Shown here in pieces: positions 12,129 to 24,743 of a stretch of DNA of 64,000 nucleotides (positions within the stretch are counted from its first letter, which is position 1; each line of letters starts with the position of its first letter). Source of the DNA: Antedon mediterranea (Eukaryota > Animalia > Echinodermata); NCBI RefSeq assembly GCF_964355755.1, contig NC_092677.1, positions 26,647,175 to 26,711,174 on the forward strand, read 5' to 3'. The notes below the pieces were generated by a model, which was not told the origin of the DNA, ran no database searches, and saw only the letters and a list, made by a program, of their open reading frames with translations. The translations under genes were made by a program, and so were the position numbers.

Positions 12129-12278
12129 GCCTGTTTCCACAAATCGAATTTATTCGCGCGAGTCTAAAGCGTCGGCTTATGATGCGCATCTACTTTTTGG
12201 GACACGAAGCATTATTGTGAAGCCAATCATCAAAGTTCATAATTCGCGCGAAGATTAATTCGAATAGTGGAAACAGGC
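12129..12278. mobile_element. MITE, Harbinger-like
   Basis: TIRs GCCTGTTTCCAC ... GTGGAAACAGGC, extended by imperfect TCGAAT.TATTCGCGCGA arms. No clear TSD. Confidence 0.65.
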
Positions 12279-15200
12279 AGGCTATGTATAAATAAATGTT
12301 TGTTTATATTTATCATTTTCTGGTACAATAATGGATACTAACTTACTTAAAGCAAGTAGTGTAAACTTCTAAAATTTTACCAGATTTATTTTGATATTGT
12401 TGTACTAGAAAAAAGTAAATAACTAGGCCTATTTATACTTAAGTTGTTTACATTAATAGGCTTATTTGATTTTAAATTACTTACTAGGCCTATAGCTTTG
12501 TACAATTATATTTGTAAAACTATAATTTTTATAATTAATGACATCGTCATAGTTTGTACGGGCTTACTACAGTAGTACTATCAGTTAGTTTTATAAAAGT
12601 AAAGGTGATAGTTTACTCATTGTATTAAATATGTAAATGTTTTTGTAATTTCTTTTTATTTCTGTTATTATCGAAGCCTATGAAGCTTTGGTTTTGGTTG
12701 AAGATGAGTAGGTATATAGCAAGCAAACCTATAAACTTTTAAAACACTATTGTGAACAAATGGAGCGACTAGTAGCCTATTGGCCTGATTTGTAATGGTA
12801 GTAGGCATATGTCTGCTGTTGCTGTTACCAACTTTTTTAGTTCGATTTGTGTATAACTCTTTATGGAGAAAAGACAAGAAGAGAAAATAGTCTTTAAAAA
12901 ACAAATCTATCTGTACGAGGGACGAGAAATTTTAAATTTTTTGGGTAAGTACCGTACTGTTTTCCATTTTCTGTGTCCAGGTGGTAGGATATCATTTGAA
13001 TACAGAATTTTCGGAATAGGTAACGTGATCACACCACCGGTGGCGCGGATTGCTGCAAACGCGTGTTTGGTTAGACTTAATTTCAGTTGAGCTAAGCACT
13101 ACTACTAGATCACATATAAAGCTTAGCCTAATTTGTGGTTGTTTTGCATTTTGAAATGTAAGTAATGTTATATTTTTCAAATTATTAAATAAGAATAGAT
13201 TTGACTTTTAAATCAAATAGCAATAGACAGCCGTTTGATATGTGTCTACAAATGTAAAAGTTTGTAGGTCTAAATAATCCAATATATCTCATTGGAGATG
13301 AATAAAACATGGCATATATACTGTATTTTTTATTTCCAATTTTACTTTATAGACTCTTTTTGTGGTGAGGACCTCTTACTTTTCACTCTGCATTTTGTAG
13401 CAACATTTAGCATTTTAGTGTTTCTACACACGGGGATATCATAATTTGACTACCATTTTCATGTTGTACATATATTTTAGCAGAAGGTTTCATGTTAAGA
13501 GGGATCAGTTGGTATTCGATAAAACATACCGGTAACTATGCACTCGAACTTTGATCAAACGTTACACAATGATTATTATTATTATTAGGTCTAGGCCTAC
13601 TGATTTGCATATCATGCGTTCAACGTCAACAAATGTTATGACGTCACGTTCATATTGAATATCCGGGTTTTTCATTTATGGTGATTTCAACATTTAACCT
13701 GCAATAATATCATTGAGGCTAATATTATGGAAATATATATACGCCTACACTATATTCTGTACCCTTAGGCGACCATTGTTATATTTTGTCATAAGTATTT
13801 AATTGATACATAGAATTACTTTATCGTGTTTGCAATTTACAAACTTGAGATTGTTCTTTAGGCAAAAATTGTATTTGTATAACTTAAATAAGAATCAATC
13901 AATAATAATAAGATTTTCTAAAGATTTGTTATGATATGCCCAGTTGGCTATCTGCCAAAGACTGCCGATAATTCATCAGCATGACAATGAACTACAGTAC
14001 TTCTGAATTATGTAGGCCATAATTTGTAATCTTCGTGAAGAGAGCTAGAGCTCGAGCTCAGATTGTGCATCAAGAAGGCTACTCTCTGTCTATGACTCTA
14101 TTATCATGGAGTCGAGTTAGCTTCATGGAGAGTTGGGGACATGTAGAGTTGGAGTCACAAAGCGTCTAGGATTTCCCTGAAGTTTTCCTTGATCAGCTCT
14201 AGGATTTTTAGAGCCTTATTTTCCTAGCCTATTTCCCACTTTTATGCAAATCATAATTTCGAAACTTTGAAATCGCTGGAATTTACCGCTCCTATTATTA
14301 TGACCAATACATATTTAGGAATCGGCAGAATAAAGCAAGAATCATGATAAATTAGATAGGAATTATACTTTGAAGTGTTACGGTTCACGTGAGATGGTTT
14401 AGGTCTATATAGACCCACAGTTTATTTTATTACAGGACTTATCCACATTTAAATAAAAAAGGAAAACAGTAATTCTTGTTTTTACTGTGTATCCGCAAAT
14501 TAAATCATTTAGGATGTATTGTGACAAAAGAATTTGCCGGGTTTGCGGTCAGACGGTAAAACCACCACCATAGTAAATTTCATGCAATTTCATTGTTGTT
14601 CAGAGGTTGTCCAAGATTTAGACTACCGTAGGAAGGTTCTTTTCTGTTGAAACCTCCGATTTTAAAGTTTGGAATATTGTTATTTTTTATGTTAAAGATA
14701 AATAACATTTTGCTGTATCTGAACCCCATGTATGCAAACGACAACGATGGCGGAAACAACTAGTTTCCAATTCGCACGCACCAACATGTTTCTATTTCGT
14801 TTCAACGCCTCTAATTGTTCCGTTGTGCCAAGTTTAGCATAAAATATTACGAAAAAAGATGAAATCATTTAATTACAGGTCTATACCTATACCTAACCAT
14901 GCTTAAACACGGTGGTGTTTTTTTTTGTTATACTTTGCTTGTAAGTTGGGTCATCTATTGTGTATGAATTTAATAATCGTCACGTTAAGATTGCTATTTG
15001 TTATGGGTCAAGGCTATAGCATGTGAGAAATTTAATCCTGAAGATAAACATGTTGTAAGAGCCAGGTATAAAGGTTATCGTCAGTGACTTATAAGTTGAA
15101 TCCATGCGTCTTCAGTGGCTACCGCTACCGGCTAGGTGGATCGGGCCCTAGCCCAGGTGATAATTCTTGTAGGCCTACTTCGTTTATTGCTGAGTAGTGG

Positions 15201-15379
15201 GTGTGGTAGAATTTGTCAGTCATAAATCATTTTTATCCACCACTGTCTATTAATATTAGGCCTATCACCTTCCTTTTTAAGCAATTATTTAATTTTTAAA
15301 TTATTAAATTGAAGATTTTTTTTAAACTACAACCAAGGTTGTTGATTCTTCAAATTGAAATAAACTTTATTTGTCAAAT

Positions 15380-15916
15380 ATTTCAGATAATTGAAATCGA
15401 AAACTGCATACCCAATATTTCACACGCAAAAAATATTATTAATTCTACTCATTTGCTTCCCGCACACACCTGTAATTTGGTAAAATAGAGGAACATTTTA
15501 TAAATGCTGATGTTAATGAAAAAACTACTATAGTTTTAGGGGGAGATATTAACTTGGATCCTAGTAAAGCTGTCTTGACAGCATTTGACAAATACTGTAA
15601 GAATTTTCTTAAAGTTGCCTGGAAAAAAAGATCCGAGTTAAAAAAGAGCTAATTTGCATTGTTGCTTTATAATTTTGTTTATTAATTTTCACTGTATTGT
15701 ATTTAATGTTGCAGAGAAAGACTGGTGTACATCTCTGTAAATCTTTTTAAATTACTATTTGTGTTTACTGTATTCGTTGATCTTAAAGTTTATTTTCATA
15801 CTTTAATTTGTTAATTAACTATTGTATAATTCATTTCCTTTTCTTTTTCTTTAAACTTATGAACGCACCGTCATAAAACGCGTGCCGCTGTTCTAAAAGC
15901 GTCTGTTCAAATAAAG
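15380..15916 (+). mobile_element. Degenerate 3' end of a non-LTR retrotransposon
   Basis: Broken reading frame ending FDKYCKNFLKVAWKKRSEL, a T-rich 3'UTR and an AATAAA plus TTA tail near 15910. Clade not determined. Confidence 0.35.
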
Positions 15917-16159
15917 TTATTATAGAGGGCTCACTTCTCATAATTACAGATGCACCAAAGTGTGTCTATTTTAATTAGATTGTGTAAAGAAGTTGATACC
16001 GTTTTTAAAGGACCAATTTTAGCAGCCACAAATAACAATGATATATTTCTAAACAATATATATATGTATATATAAAATAACAAACTATTTTTAAATTTTG
16101 CATTATTTAACTTTATAACAATATAGATAACAACAGTGGTACTCATAACACTCCACCGA

Positions 16160-18504
16160 TCATGAATCAGGAAAATAGTCCTTTGTTTCGAAGATTTCTG
16201 GTTGACAATATTTCTTGACAACTGTGGTCTTGGGTACGGAAGATTTCTATACGCAGAAAAAAAACCAATTAATGTAATATTAAGTTCATTTAATCTACTA
16301 ATTTTGAGGTTCATAACATACCATGTCTTTTTTTTTAATAATCCAGAATAAATAAATAAATATCATGTATCAAAAAGATTTTAAACGTATACCTGCGCAA
16401 ATAGAGGAATTGAATTAAAGAACCCTTTGAGAGACTTCATGCCACCAAGGTCTTTCTCCGCCTGTATCACTTGTTCTTCCATTGTACAAACGTTGTCTTT
16501 CACCATGCTTACAAATGCCTTGGGGAAAAAACAAATTAGTTCAGCAACATCCAAAGACTTAAAGGTGGGCTCCGGGAATAAAATTTCTAACCTTTTACTT
16601 GTAATATTGTCTTATGAAAGGTGGAAATTGTAATTGGAATTGCCAATGCAAGAATGAGGCCGTAAAACTATCAGGATTGTAACGCCCGTATTCTTAAACC
16701 GGACTTTAGTCGTAGTTCGAGCTAAAACTAAAAAAATGACGTCATTTTAATTCATAAACCGAACTTCAACTAAATCACCGACTAAATCAGGCCAACCTCG
16801 ACTAAATCGAGACGGATTTTGATCGATTTTTTTAGTCCTGGAGGGGTCAGGCTAAATGGTCGACTAAATGGTTTTTAAACGATGTTTATAAAAAACGTAA
16901 CAGTCATTGAGTTGTTATATTGGCCAGATATTGAAGAATGAAATATCTATATTTATATTAGCTTAATTAAATATACATTGGTATAAGTTATAATAATGAA
17001 AATCATCTTTATTTACAACCGTATACAAACTACATTATTTTCTTCGCGCAAGTCCGACTTGAACTACGTCACGCCATAGCGACAATGGGAGATGCGGCAA
17101 TTCACCACGCGATGGAATGTTTAGGGGGCCTAGCGCTTTCTTGTCACGCTAGGAAGTGCGTGGTTCGTCGCGATCATACTTTGTTGGAGGCCTAGAAAAT
17201 ATGAAAGTTACCGTACCGCCATGGTTCCTAAATATATTTTGAAGATTTTGTTTGTTGTTAATCAAAAGTACTTCACTGTTAAATTAATACTGATCTTGTT
17301 CTAATAATTAACGATTACAATTATTTTTCATGTATATAGTCCTGATGCGTAAAAAGTTTTGTAAGAAAATGGAAAGTGATATCAATGCGCAAAATTTCGT
17401 CTGCTCCTCAAATACTCTCTTGTCATTGGCCAATGTTTAGCCTTTGTTACCCAGACGTGTGCAACTCGACTAAAAGCTCGACTTCATTAAGTCGAACTGC
17501 AAACTTCGACTACTTCGTTTTTTAATCAAATTTGAAGTAATAGCTCGAACTACGACTTTTTCAAGTCGAACTTTGAACTACGACTAAAGTCCGGTTTAAG
17601 AATACGGGCGTAATTGTTTGTAACTACAGTGGAATAGTATTTTCAATGTACTTTTAGTATAAATTCATTTTTTTTTTTAATTTAAGTTTATTTATTTCAT
17701 AAAACCTCCAGAAGGAGAAGCAGTCTTGTACAACATATAAAATCAATGTAAAATATAACCATATTTAAAATGGCAATAATAAAGTACAAATGACATCGGA
17801 GTAGGGACCAATTACCAAACTCTCCTAAAAAATAAATAAATTACTTACTTCTAATTGGTCTATTTGTTGAAATACTTCTTTAATTTGGTTCATTTTTGTC
17901 GTTATTTCTGGAAGACAGTGATTGAGTGAAATAGAAGACTCTGAACGAATCTGAAATAATAATCAAAAGATAATAAATAGCGAGATAAATCAAGGGAAAA
18001 AATTCGAAAAAATATATAATAAATAAGAAATATTTGTGCAATATTGATCATTTTTTGGGAAGTTGGAGAAACAAGAAAAGCTTACAATATCAACAACTGC
18101 ACAAAACTCATCAAGTTTAGTAAGCATTTCTTCAATTTTTTCTTCTACTTGTTGCTTCTGTAAAAAGAAATTTGATTAATATTAGAATATTGTACTTGTA
18201 GGCCCTCTATTTTAATAATAAGAGAATAAAACTGGGTGTTGGTTAACTCTGTACTTACAAATTCCATGCCATAGGCTCTAATACTAATAATATAATTGAA
18301 ATAGATGGAACAACTCCACCAGTTTCCATTCTTCAAGAGTTGCAAATAAATTTATAAGTTCAGAAAATAAAATTCACTTGCATCTTTTGTAGAATCAGTT
18401 ATAAAGTATTGTGAGTAATCCAGAGCAGTTTCTTCAACAATCTCGTCTGTTGTTAGTACTACACCTTCTCTTTCCGCCTCTTTTACTTCAGAAACTGATG
18501 CCAT
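16160..18504 (-). CDS. BLOC1S4: BLOC-1 complex subunit 4 (cappuccino/CNO), 169 aa, 5 coding exons
   Basis: Exons 18504-18382, 18157-18086, 17950-17849, 16518-16393 and 16246-16160 join in frame (all phase 0). The protein includes IEEMLTKLDEFCAVVDIIRSESS, IDQLEAFVSMVKDNVCTMEEQVIQAEKDLG and PEIFETKDYFP, matching my recollection of the BLOC1S4 coiled-coil and C-terminal motifs. Confidence 0.88.
16683..17610. mobile_element. Non-autonomous PIF/Harbinger DNA transposon in BLOC1S4 intron 3
   Basis: 36-bp perfect TIRs CGCCCGTATTCTTAAACCGGACTTTAGTCGTAGTTC, TAA duplicated on both sides, subterminal CGACTAAA repeats, no ORF. Confidence 0.9.
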
Positions 18505-19546
18505 TTTGTTGTCTTCTACATCTAAAAACAGCAAGTTGGAGAAAAGTGCCAAAATGGTTAGATGCTGTTGTTGTTTTTGTATGCAGTACACACAGACAGT
18601 ACTAGTATTAGTACAAACTACACAATGATAATGTATTATAGATATAATATCAGGATTTGACTACTAATTTTAGCCTACTACTAACACCAGGCCTGTGTAG
18701 ACTAGCATTACAATCATTGGTTTATATTCAAATATCTTGGATCCTACCTACCAGTAATTTTTTCCCTATTGTGTTTTATCTATCTATCTCTGATCAAATT
18801 GTGACTTTTGACTTGCGTGTTTACGGAAATACTATTTCTCAAAATGAATGTTTTATAAACGAATTTGCTTCTTAGTAAACAATTATTTAATTTCAATGAA
18901 TAAACGTTAAAATATCTTTTTTAAATGTATTAATATTTTTAACAATATATTTTTGTTATATAGTAAGACATGAACAAGATAAAAAGTCATTTTAATAAAG
19001 ACTTTTATTTTGTTGGAATTCCCCAAAACACAACCATTACATCATCATTAAACAACAACAATCCGATTCCCCCTTTCTCTTCCCTGTACGTCGTCCACTC
19101 ACTCTGCTCTGGTGGCCATCATTTTTTTAATTGTGTGTATAATCTGTCCCTGGACTCGGTCTATGAATTATCTGGTAAAACTAAAGTTTTTATAATCTTA
19201 TATTTAGTCTAGTAGTAGGCCTTATAATATTAGAAAACGATGGTATAATTTGTATAGTAGGCCAATCCCTACGCTACTAGGCTAGGTGGCCGCCAGATAG
19301 CCTAGCTAGTATTAACGCCTCAAAAGCCTACATTTCCACAACAACGATGACATAGCAATCCATGAAAACAAGTTTACGTGGGGCGAATTGACCATAGCAT
19401 AGTTGTCCTGATGGCATGTAGACAAAATGTCCCAGAAAATACTAGATTTGAAGAGTAAATTCATATATAGGCCCTAATAGTAATGTTATATTCTTTTTAT
19501 TTATTTTATTACCTAACATTCAAACTCTATTTTTATGCTTACAGTG

Positions 19547-22500
19547 ATGGAGAAATATCAGGAGGAGGCAGAAGAATGGATCAAATTGAAAGATGCATCA
19601 TTTACTCTCAGTAAAGTAAATGAAGATGTCAGAGAACTTACTTTTGAACTTGAACCAACGTTACAATCAGACTCTAAAGTTACTTTTAAAATAACATGTT
19701 CTAATTCTGAAAATCAAGAAGAATTTGTAAGTGCATAATATTGTAATACTCATAATAGATTAGATTTGTCATATCTTTTTTTCAGTAATGTGCTTTTGCA
19801 TTTATTAAATAATAGAATTCATATTTTGTCTAATAATATTTTGTCTAAAGCTCTGTCTACACTACCACACTTTTAGGGGCCCTCATGAGACAAGCTATTG
19901 CTTCTAGTGAGAGCCCTAGTTGTTGTTGTCATATATAATAACTGAATAAATGTGTATGAATTGTATAAATTATGTGACAAAAAAATGTGATGTGTCCATA
20001 TTTAGGCACATCACAATTGTTTTGGTCAAACTAGTTTGATAGTGTAAACAGAGCTTAATGTTTTATAATTACTGTGTAGTCTGTCTCTAGCGAAGATGAA
20101 GCCACAAATTTACATTTCTTTGAAGTGAATGATGCTTTGGAAAATAAGAAGAATAAAACTTTATCACAAATATTAAACATGATTCAAATTATCTTTTCTA
20201 ATGTAAGTTTTAAAAACTTTTATAATTTATTTTTAAAAACTACTAACATTTATGCATTGATTTATTTTAAAATATTTACACAATATAAAATATCATTAGA
20301 TAATATTTACAATAATATAACTCATTAATATGCAACGAACCAAAATGACACCTATTTAATATAATAGAATCACTTACATAGTAAATCACGCGGCTCAAGA
20401 TAGGTAACTGGGTGAAACGTTTGTAATCCGTGGACGCCATTCCGGCGGACAAATTTGAACCGGAATAAAGTCGTTGTCAAGGCAATATCTACGATGTTTC
20501 GGTCAAAGAACGAAGTTTTCTAACCAAGCATGTCAATGTAAACGCACAGAATTAATCGGAAAGTGTCCAGATCCCGAAGAAACTGTTATTTTACTTTGTT
20601 TACATAATTTCTTCCCTTTTCCATGAATCAATCCTCAAGATTGTTAACCACAGATGCTTCAAGGCGGACCGCAAAATTTAAACCTTTTACATTGAAATCA
20701 CAATAATTACCTGTCTGCCCGAATGGCGTCCATGGATTTACTGGGCGCGTAGTATTGTAAGATAGGAGCTTGGCAAATAGTTACCTATCTATGTGTGTAC
20801 TTATCATCATTTATTTTAAAAAGATACACATTCAAGAAAATTATATATTAAAATATATTTACAGAAACACGATTTAGACACAGAAACTGAAGATGACGAA
20901 AGTGATGATGAAGAAGAAGAAGAGGATGATGATTATTACACACTAAAAGAGGAAAATGACAGGTTTAAATCAACATTTGTGTGTGTTAAAAAAAAAACAT
21001 TTCTAAAGGAATTTTGTTCTATTATTTTATGCAATTCTCAAGCCTAAAAATATTTAAATAATTAAAAACTATAGTAGTACTCTTGAATAAGATTAGGCTT
21101 AAGCTCTGTCCACACTATCAAACTTTTTGTGACAACAAAATGTCATGTGTCCATATATGGATACAATGATGTCATATCACTAACATATTTAGGCACATCC
21201 CACTTTTTTTTTTCAAATTAGTTTGATGTGTAGACAGAGCTTAAGTTTGACACTTTGTGTAAATACTGTATTATCAGGTTAAATACAATACTTATAATCT
21301 GTGTTTCAGAATAACCCTATGATGAAGTCTTGGCCTTTCTTGTTAAGCTTTACTTTTCATTTTGTTAAAAAATACTCTGCATATACAAATTGTCTAATAC
21401 AAATATTTAACTGGGATATACCCCTCCTCTCTTTCCATATGTTATGTGCACAATTTTAAATTTCTTTCATTAGTAACATTGCAGATGACATTGATGATGA
21501 CTCAAGTCTGAACATGAAATATTCAAGAAATATGCCAAATTCTGCGGCAGTTTCACGTCTTATGATAGGTGAGTAGACATCAAAAGCTTAACATCTCATC
21601 TAAAGGATGAGGTAAGAAGATCAATACTAGAGTTTACTGGAAATTCAGACTGTGGTTTGTGTTTTACAGATCTTAAACAGCTCAAGAAATCTTCAAGAGA
21701 GAACAACTTTGGTATTAAAGGCGGTCCTAGAGGTGATAACTTATTTTTATGGGTAAGTGCACACTTAAAGCCCCATTCCCTACGTTTTTTAGATCTAATT
21801 TAAGATCACAAAATATATTTAATGTAAAAATAATATTATATGGTCCTATTGCGATAACTTTTTTCGTCTTTAAACGGTTAAAAATGTGAAAAATAAATCG
21901 ATTCTAATAATTATAGCGGCCCGCTATAAATCCCAAAATGCATTGCGCGCGGATTGATATTTTTGTTTTTCACCTGTAATTCGCCCACTTTTCGATCGAT
22001 CGTGAAGCCAAAACAAATGGAAGACTCCTAACTTTTCAGCGAAAATACCGGGTTTTCCCCAATTTGTATCAACGGAGTCTGGCAAAAATAGAAAGAAAAT
22101 TAATGCAGCAACTATACAACGTCAGGCGAGGTATATAGCTAGCGTACGATGTTCGTACGTTATCGATGTTTACCAGCTAGGCCTACAAAACTAAGCCTAG
22201 CTAGGCTAGGCCTAAGACCGTCCACGAGAGGTCGATCGCCGCGAGCTACTTAGGTAGTGCATTGTTTCTCACTTTTTATCATAATTTACCATAAAACGTA
22301 CATTTAAGACAAGGAATGACATGGTTTAATGTTTTTAAAGTGATATATATGTATTATTTTCCAAAAAACGTCCAAAATTGCAGGGAAGGGGTCTTTAATG
22401 TTTTAAATGTCTGATCTGGATATATAAACATAAAAATGTTCAAATTCTATAAACAATTTGTTGACGAAAGATTAAATTAAACTACTCATTACCAGTAGAT

Positions 22501-23796
22501 TCTTGTTGAAGCTTTGGATTTATATTGCTTTTTTCCAATATGTATTTAGATGTTACTTGTCATACGATTTTATTCTCTATTCTGTTCTTTTTGTTCATTT
22601 TATCCCATGTAAAAATCTCTGTCTACTTAGATTGCAATAAAGATTATTTGATTGAATTGAAGTACATCTTTAAGACATCGTAAACAAAAAAAGCATTTTA
22701 AGTTTGGTCTCTTTATTCCATAATCTCTCTTTTTGTTTTTTTTCATTTTCAGGATGTACTGTTGACAGACTTTGATAGTACATCACGGTTGGGGAGCGAC
22801 ATCATGAGGTATGCAAAAAAGTATAATGAGGAACCTGGAATTAAAATTGAGATGACATTTCCACCCGGATACCCGATGGAGCCTCCATTCTTACGGGTCG
22901 TCAAGCCTAGATTTAAATTTCTTACTGGTGGGTAAAAGATGCATTGCATAAATATTTGGAAAAAAAAGTAAAGAAACATAATTAAGCTAGGAAAAGGATG
23001 AAAAGGCCATATTTATACTGGGCGACCTCTTTAGTCAACCACTGGTCTCCCAGAGGGCCCAGTTATGATCAGTGGCTATGTTTGTACTAGTACACCCCCT
23101 ACTTGTCTCGAAAGATGTACTAGGTTCTTTAAAGTGCACATGAGCTAGATGTGTACACTGGACCCACAGTTTATAGTCCTATTCTGAGAAGACTCGTTCT
23201 ACCACCAGAACCATGGCATGTAATAAGTGTACAGCATTTAATTTTGTATTTAGTTGTAAAGTAAATTGACTGTTTATCCCCCTTTATGTATGTAGGTCAT
23301 GTGACTATTGGTGGCAGTATTTGTATGGAATTATTAACGCGGTCTGGTTGGTCACCTACTAATGATATTGAGGTATGCCAATTTTAATTTGTTAACACAT
23401 TCTGTGAAGTTAAAAATATTGTTAAAAACTAATTGTCAATGATTGCATTGCCCTCACTTACCTGCAACCGCGATACCACTTGTGAGGTCACACACTACAC
23501 ACCTTACCTCTCGATAATATATAGAGGGCACTGTTGACCTAAAAAAAATCACCACCTCCCGTATTTTTAACTTCATATTGGCATGTATGGTATTTTCCAA
23601 ATTAAATACAATCTATGGAACCTAGCAGGTGTTTAAATATATGCTTTTTTTTTAGAGTATTTTGGTGCAAGTAAGAGCAGAGATAATGTCCGATTCGAAT
23701 GCTAGACTTGACAGCAATCCGAATACGGAATATTCTGAAAAAGAAGCCCAAAATGCATTTAAAAGAATGACACAGAAGTATGGCTGGGATAAATAG
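19547..23796 (+). CDS. UBE2Q-family ubiquitin-conjugating enzyme E2, 8 coding exons, ~323 aa
   Basis: Exons 19547-19726, 20080-20202, 20865-20962, 21474-21568, 21670-21752, 22753-22927, 23296-23372 and 23656-23796 have GT-AG boundaries with matching phases. Acidic linker, DNLFLW, FPPGYPMEPPFLRVVKPRF, and catalytic GHVTIGGSICMELLTRSGWSP without the HPN motif, as in the UBE2Q class. Confidence 0.9.
19849..20055. mobile_element. MITE (probably Harbinger-type) carrying an internal ~97-bp insertion
   Basis: TAA-AGCTCTGTCTACACTA ... TAGTGTAAACAGAGCT-TAA. Segment 19874-19970 is absent from the sister copy at 21102. Confidence 0.75.
20425..20738. mobile_element. MITE-like element in intron 2 of the E2 gene
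   Basis: Inverted ends AATCCGTGGACGCCATTCCGGCGGACA and TGTCTGCCCGAATGGCGTCCATGGATT. A second, outer inverted pair AGATAGGTAACT / AGTTACCTATCT at ~20398 and ~20790. Confidence 0.6.
21102..21241. mobile_element. Short MITE (family of 1-77 and 19849-20055)
   Basis: TIRs AGCTCTGTCCACACTATCAAACT / AGTTTGATGTGTAGACAGAGCT at a TTA/TAA site. Confidence 0.8.
21769..22394 (+). mobile_element. 626-bp non-autonomous Kolobok-type element
   Basis: TTAA duplicated on both sides, AG..CT termini (AGCCCCATTCCCT / AGGGAAGGGGTCT), and a near-identical inverted copy of the same length at 48074-48699. Confidence 0.88.
23005..23215 (-). mobile_element. SINE fragment with a conserved central domain
   Basis: GGTTCTTTAAAGTGCACA...ACACTGGACCCACAGTTTATAGTCC resembles my recollection of conserved invertebrate SINE central domains. 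Hairpin-like 3' tail (CTGGGCGACCTCT..AGAGGGCCCAG). Confidence 0.45.
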
Positions 23797-24036
23797 CCTA
23801 TCATAATTACAAAGACGTATGGCTGGGATAAATAGCCTCTCAGAATGACACAGAAGTATGGCTGGGATAAATAGCATATCAGAATGACACAGAAGTATGG
23901 CTGGGATAAATAGCCTATCATAATTACAAAGACGTATGGCTGGGATAAATAGCCTCTCAGAATGACACAGAAGTATGGCTGGGATAAATAGCCTATCAGA
24001 GTGACACAGAAGTATGGCTGGGAAAAATAGCCTGTG
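23764..24036 (+). repeat. 39-bp minisatellite, 7 copies, built from the last codons and stop codon of the E2 gene
   Basis: Unit AGAATGACACAGAAGTATGGCTGGGATAAATAGCCTATC. Copies 2 and 5 share the variant ATAATTACAAAGACG, giving a 117-bp higher-order period. Confidence 0.95.
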
Positions 24037-24743
24037 ACCATCAGGGTAACAATATTTACTGTGTAAAACCCATAAATGAACATTAGGGTCGCACAATTTA
24101 CTTAAAAGTTAAATTAATAGAATTTTTAAAGATTACGACAATTTTATGTATACGAATTCAGCAATTGAAAAAAAAATTAGCAATCTTTTATAAATTAATT
24201 TGTAGAACCATATTGTTTATACAGTACTCATTTGATACTGTAGGTTATGGTAATTTTAGATAAAATGTAAATTCAGGTTTGTTTACAATTGTTTTAGTGT
24301 TGGTTTTTATATGTTAGAATTCTTGTACAATATTTACATATTTGCGCAATTAATGTATATTTTGTGAATATTTTCTGATCTTTATATAATTCCAGAGTGA
24401 ATTTCAGAGTTTAGCAATCCAATGTTTCTTTCTATTTAAAGGCCTGTTTCCACTAACACAAATAAAAACCATTGGCAAATGCGCTTTCACATACTGTAGC
24501 ATACTTTTTATAAAGCAAAAACTGCATAATCAATTTTAACTCAGATATGTCTGATTCGCACAAATATTTGTTTAGTTATTGTATAATATATAGATATATT
24601 AAAGAGAAATAATAAATATTTATTATATACAGAAATTAAACAAACTTGAATATATTTTTATTTTTTAATGTTTCCCAGTTATATTTACAGTATCCTGTAA
24701 AATGCCAAGCATTCTTATATTACTATTTAAATTATAAATATAA

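Noticed and set aside
14170-15170. Possible old DNA-transposon and SINE fragments
   Set aside because: No matching termini or TSD could be established by eye.
23602-24096. 164-aa and 143-aa minus-strand repetitive ORFs
   Set aside because: Antisense readings of the 39-bp minisatellite and the last E2 exon.
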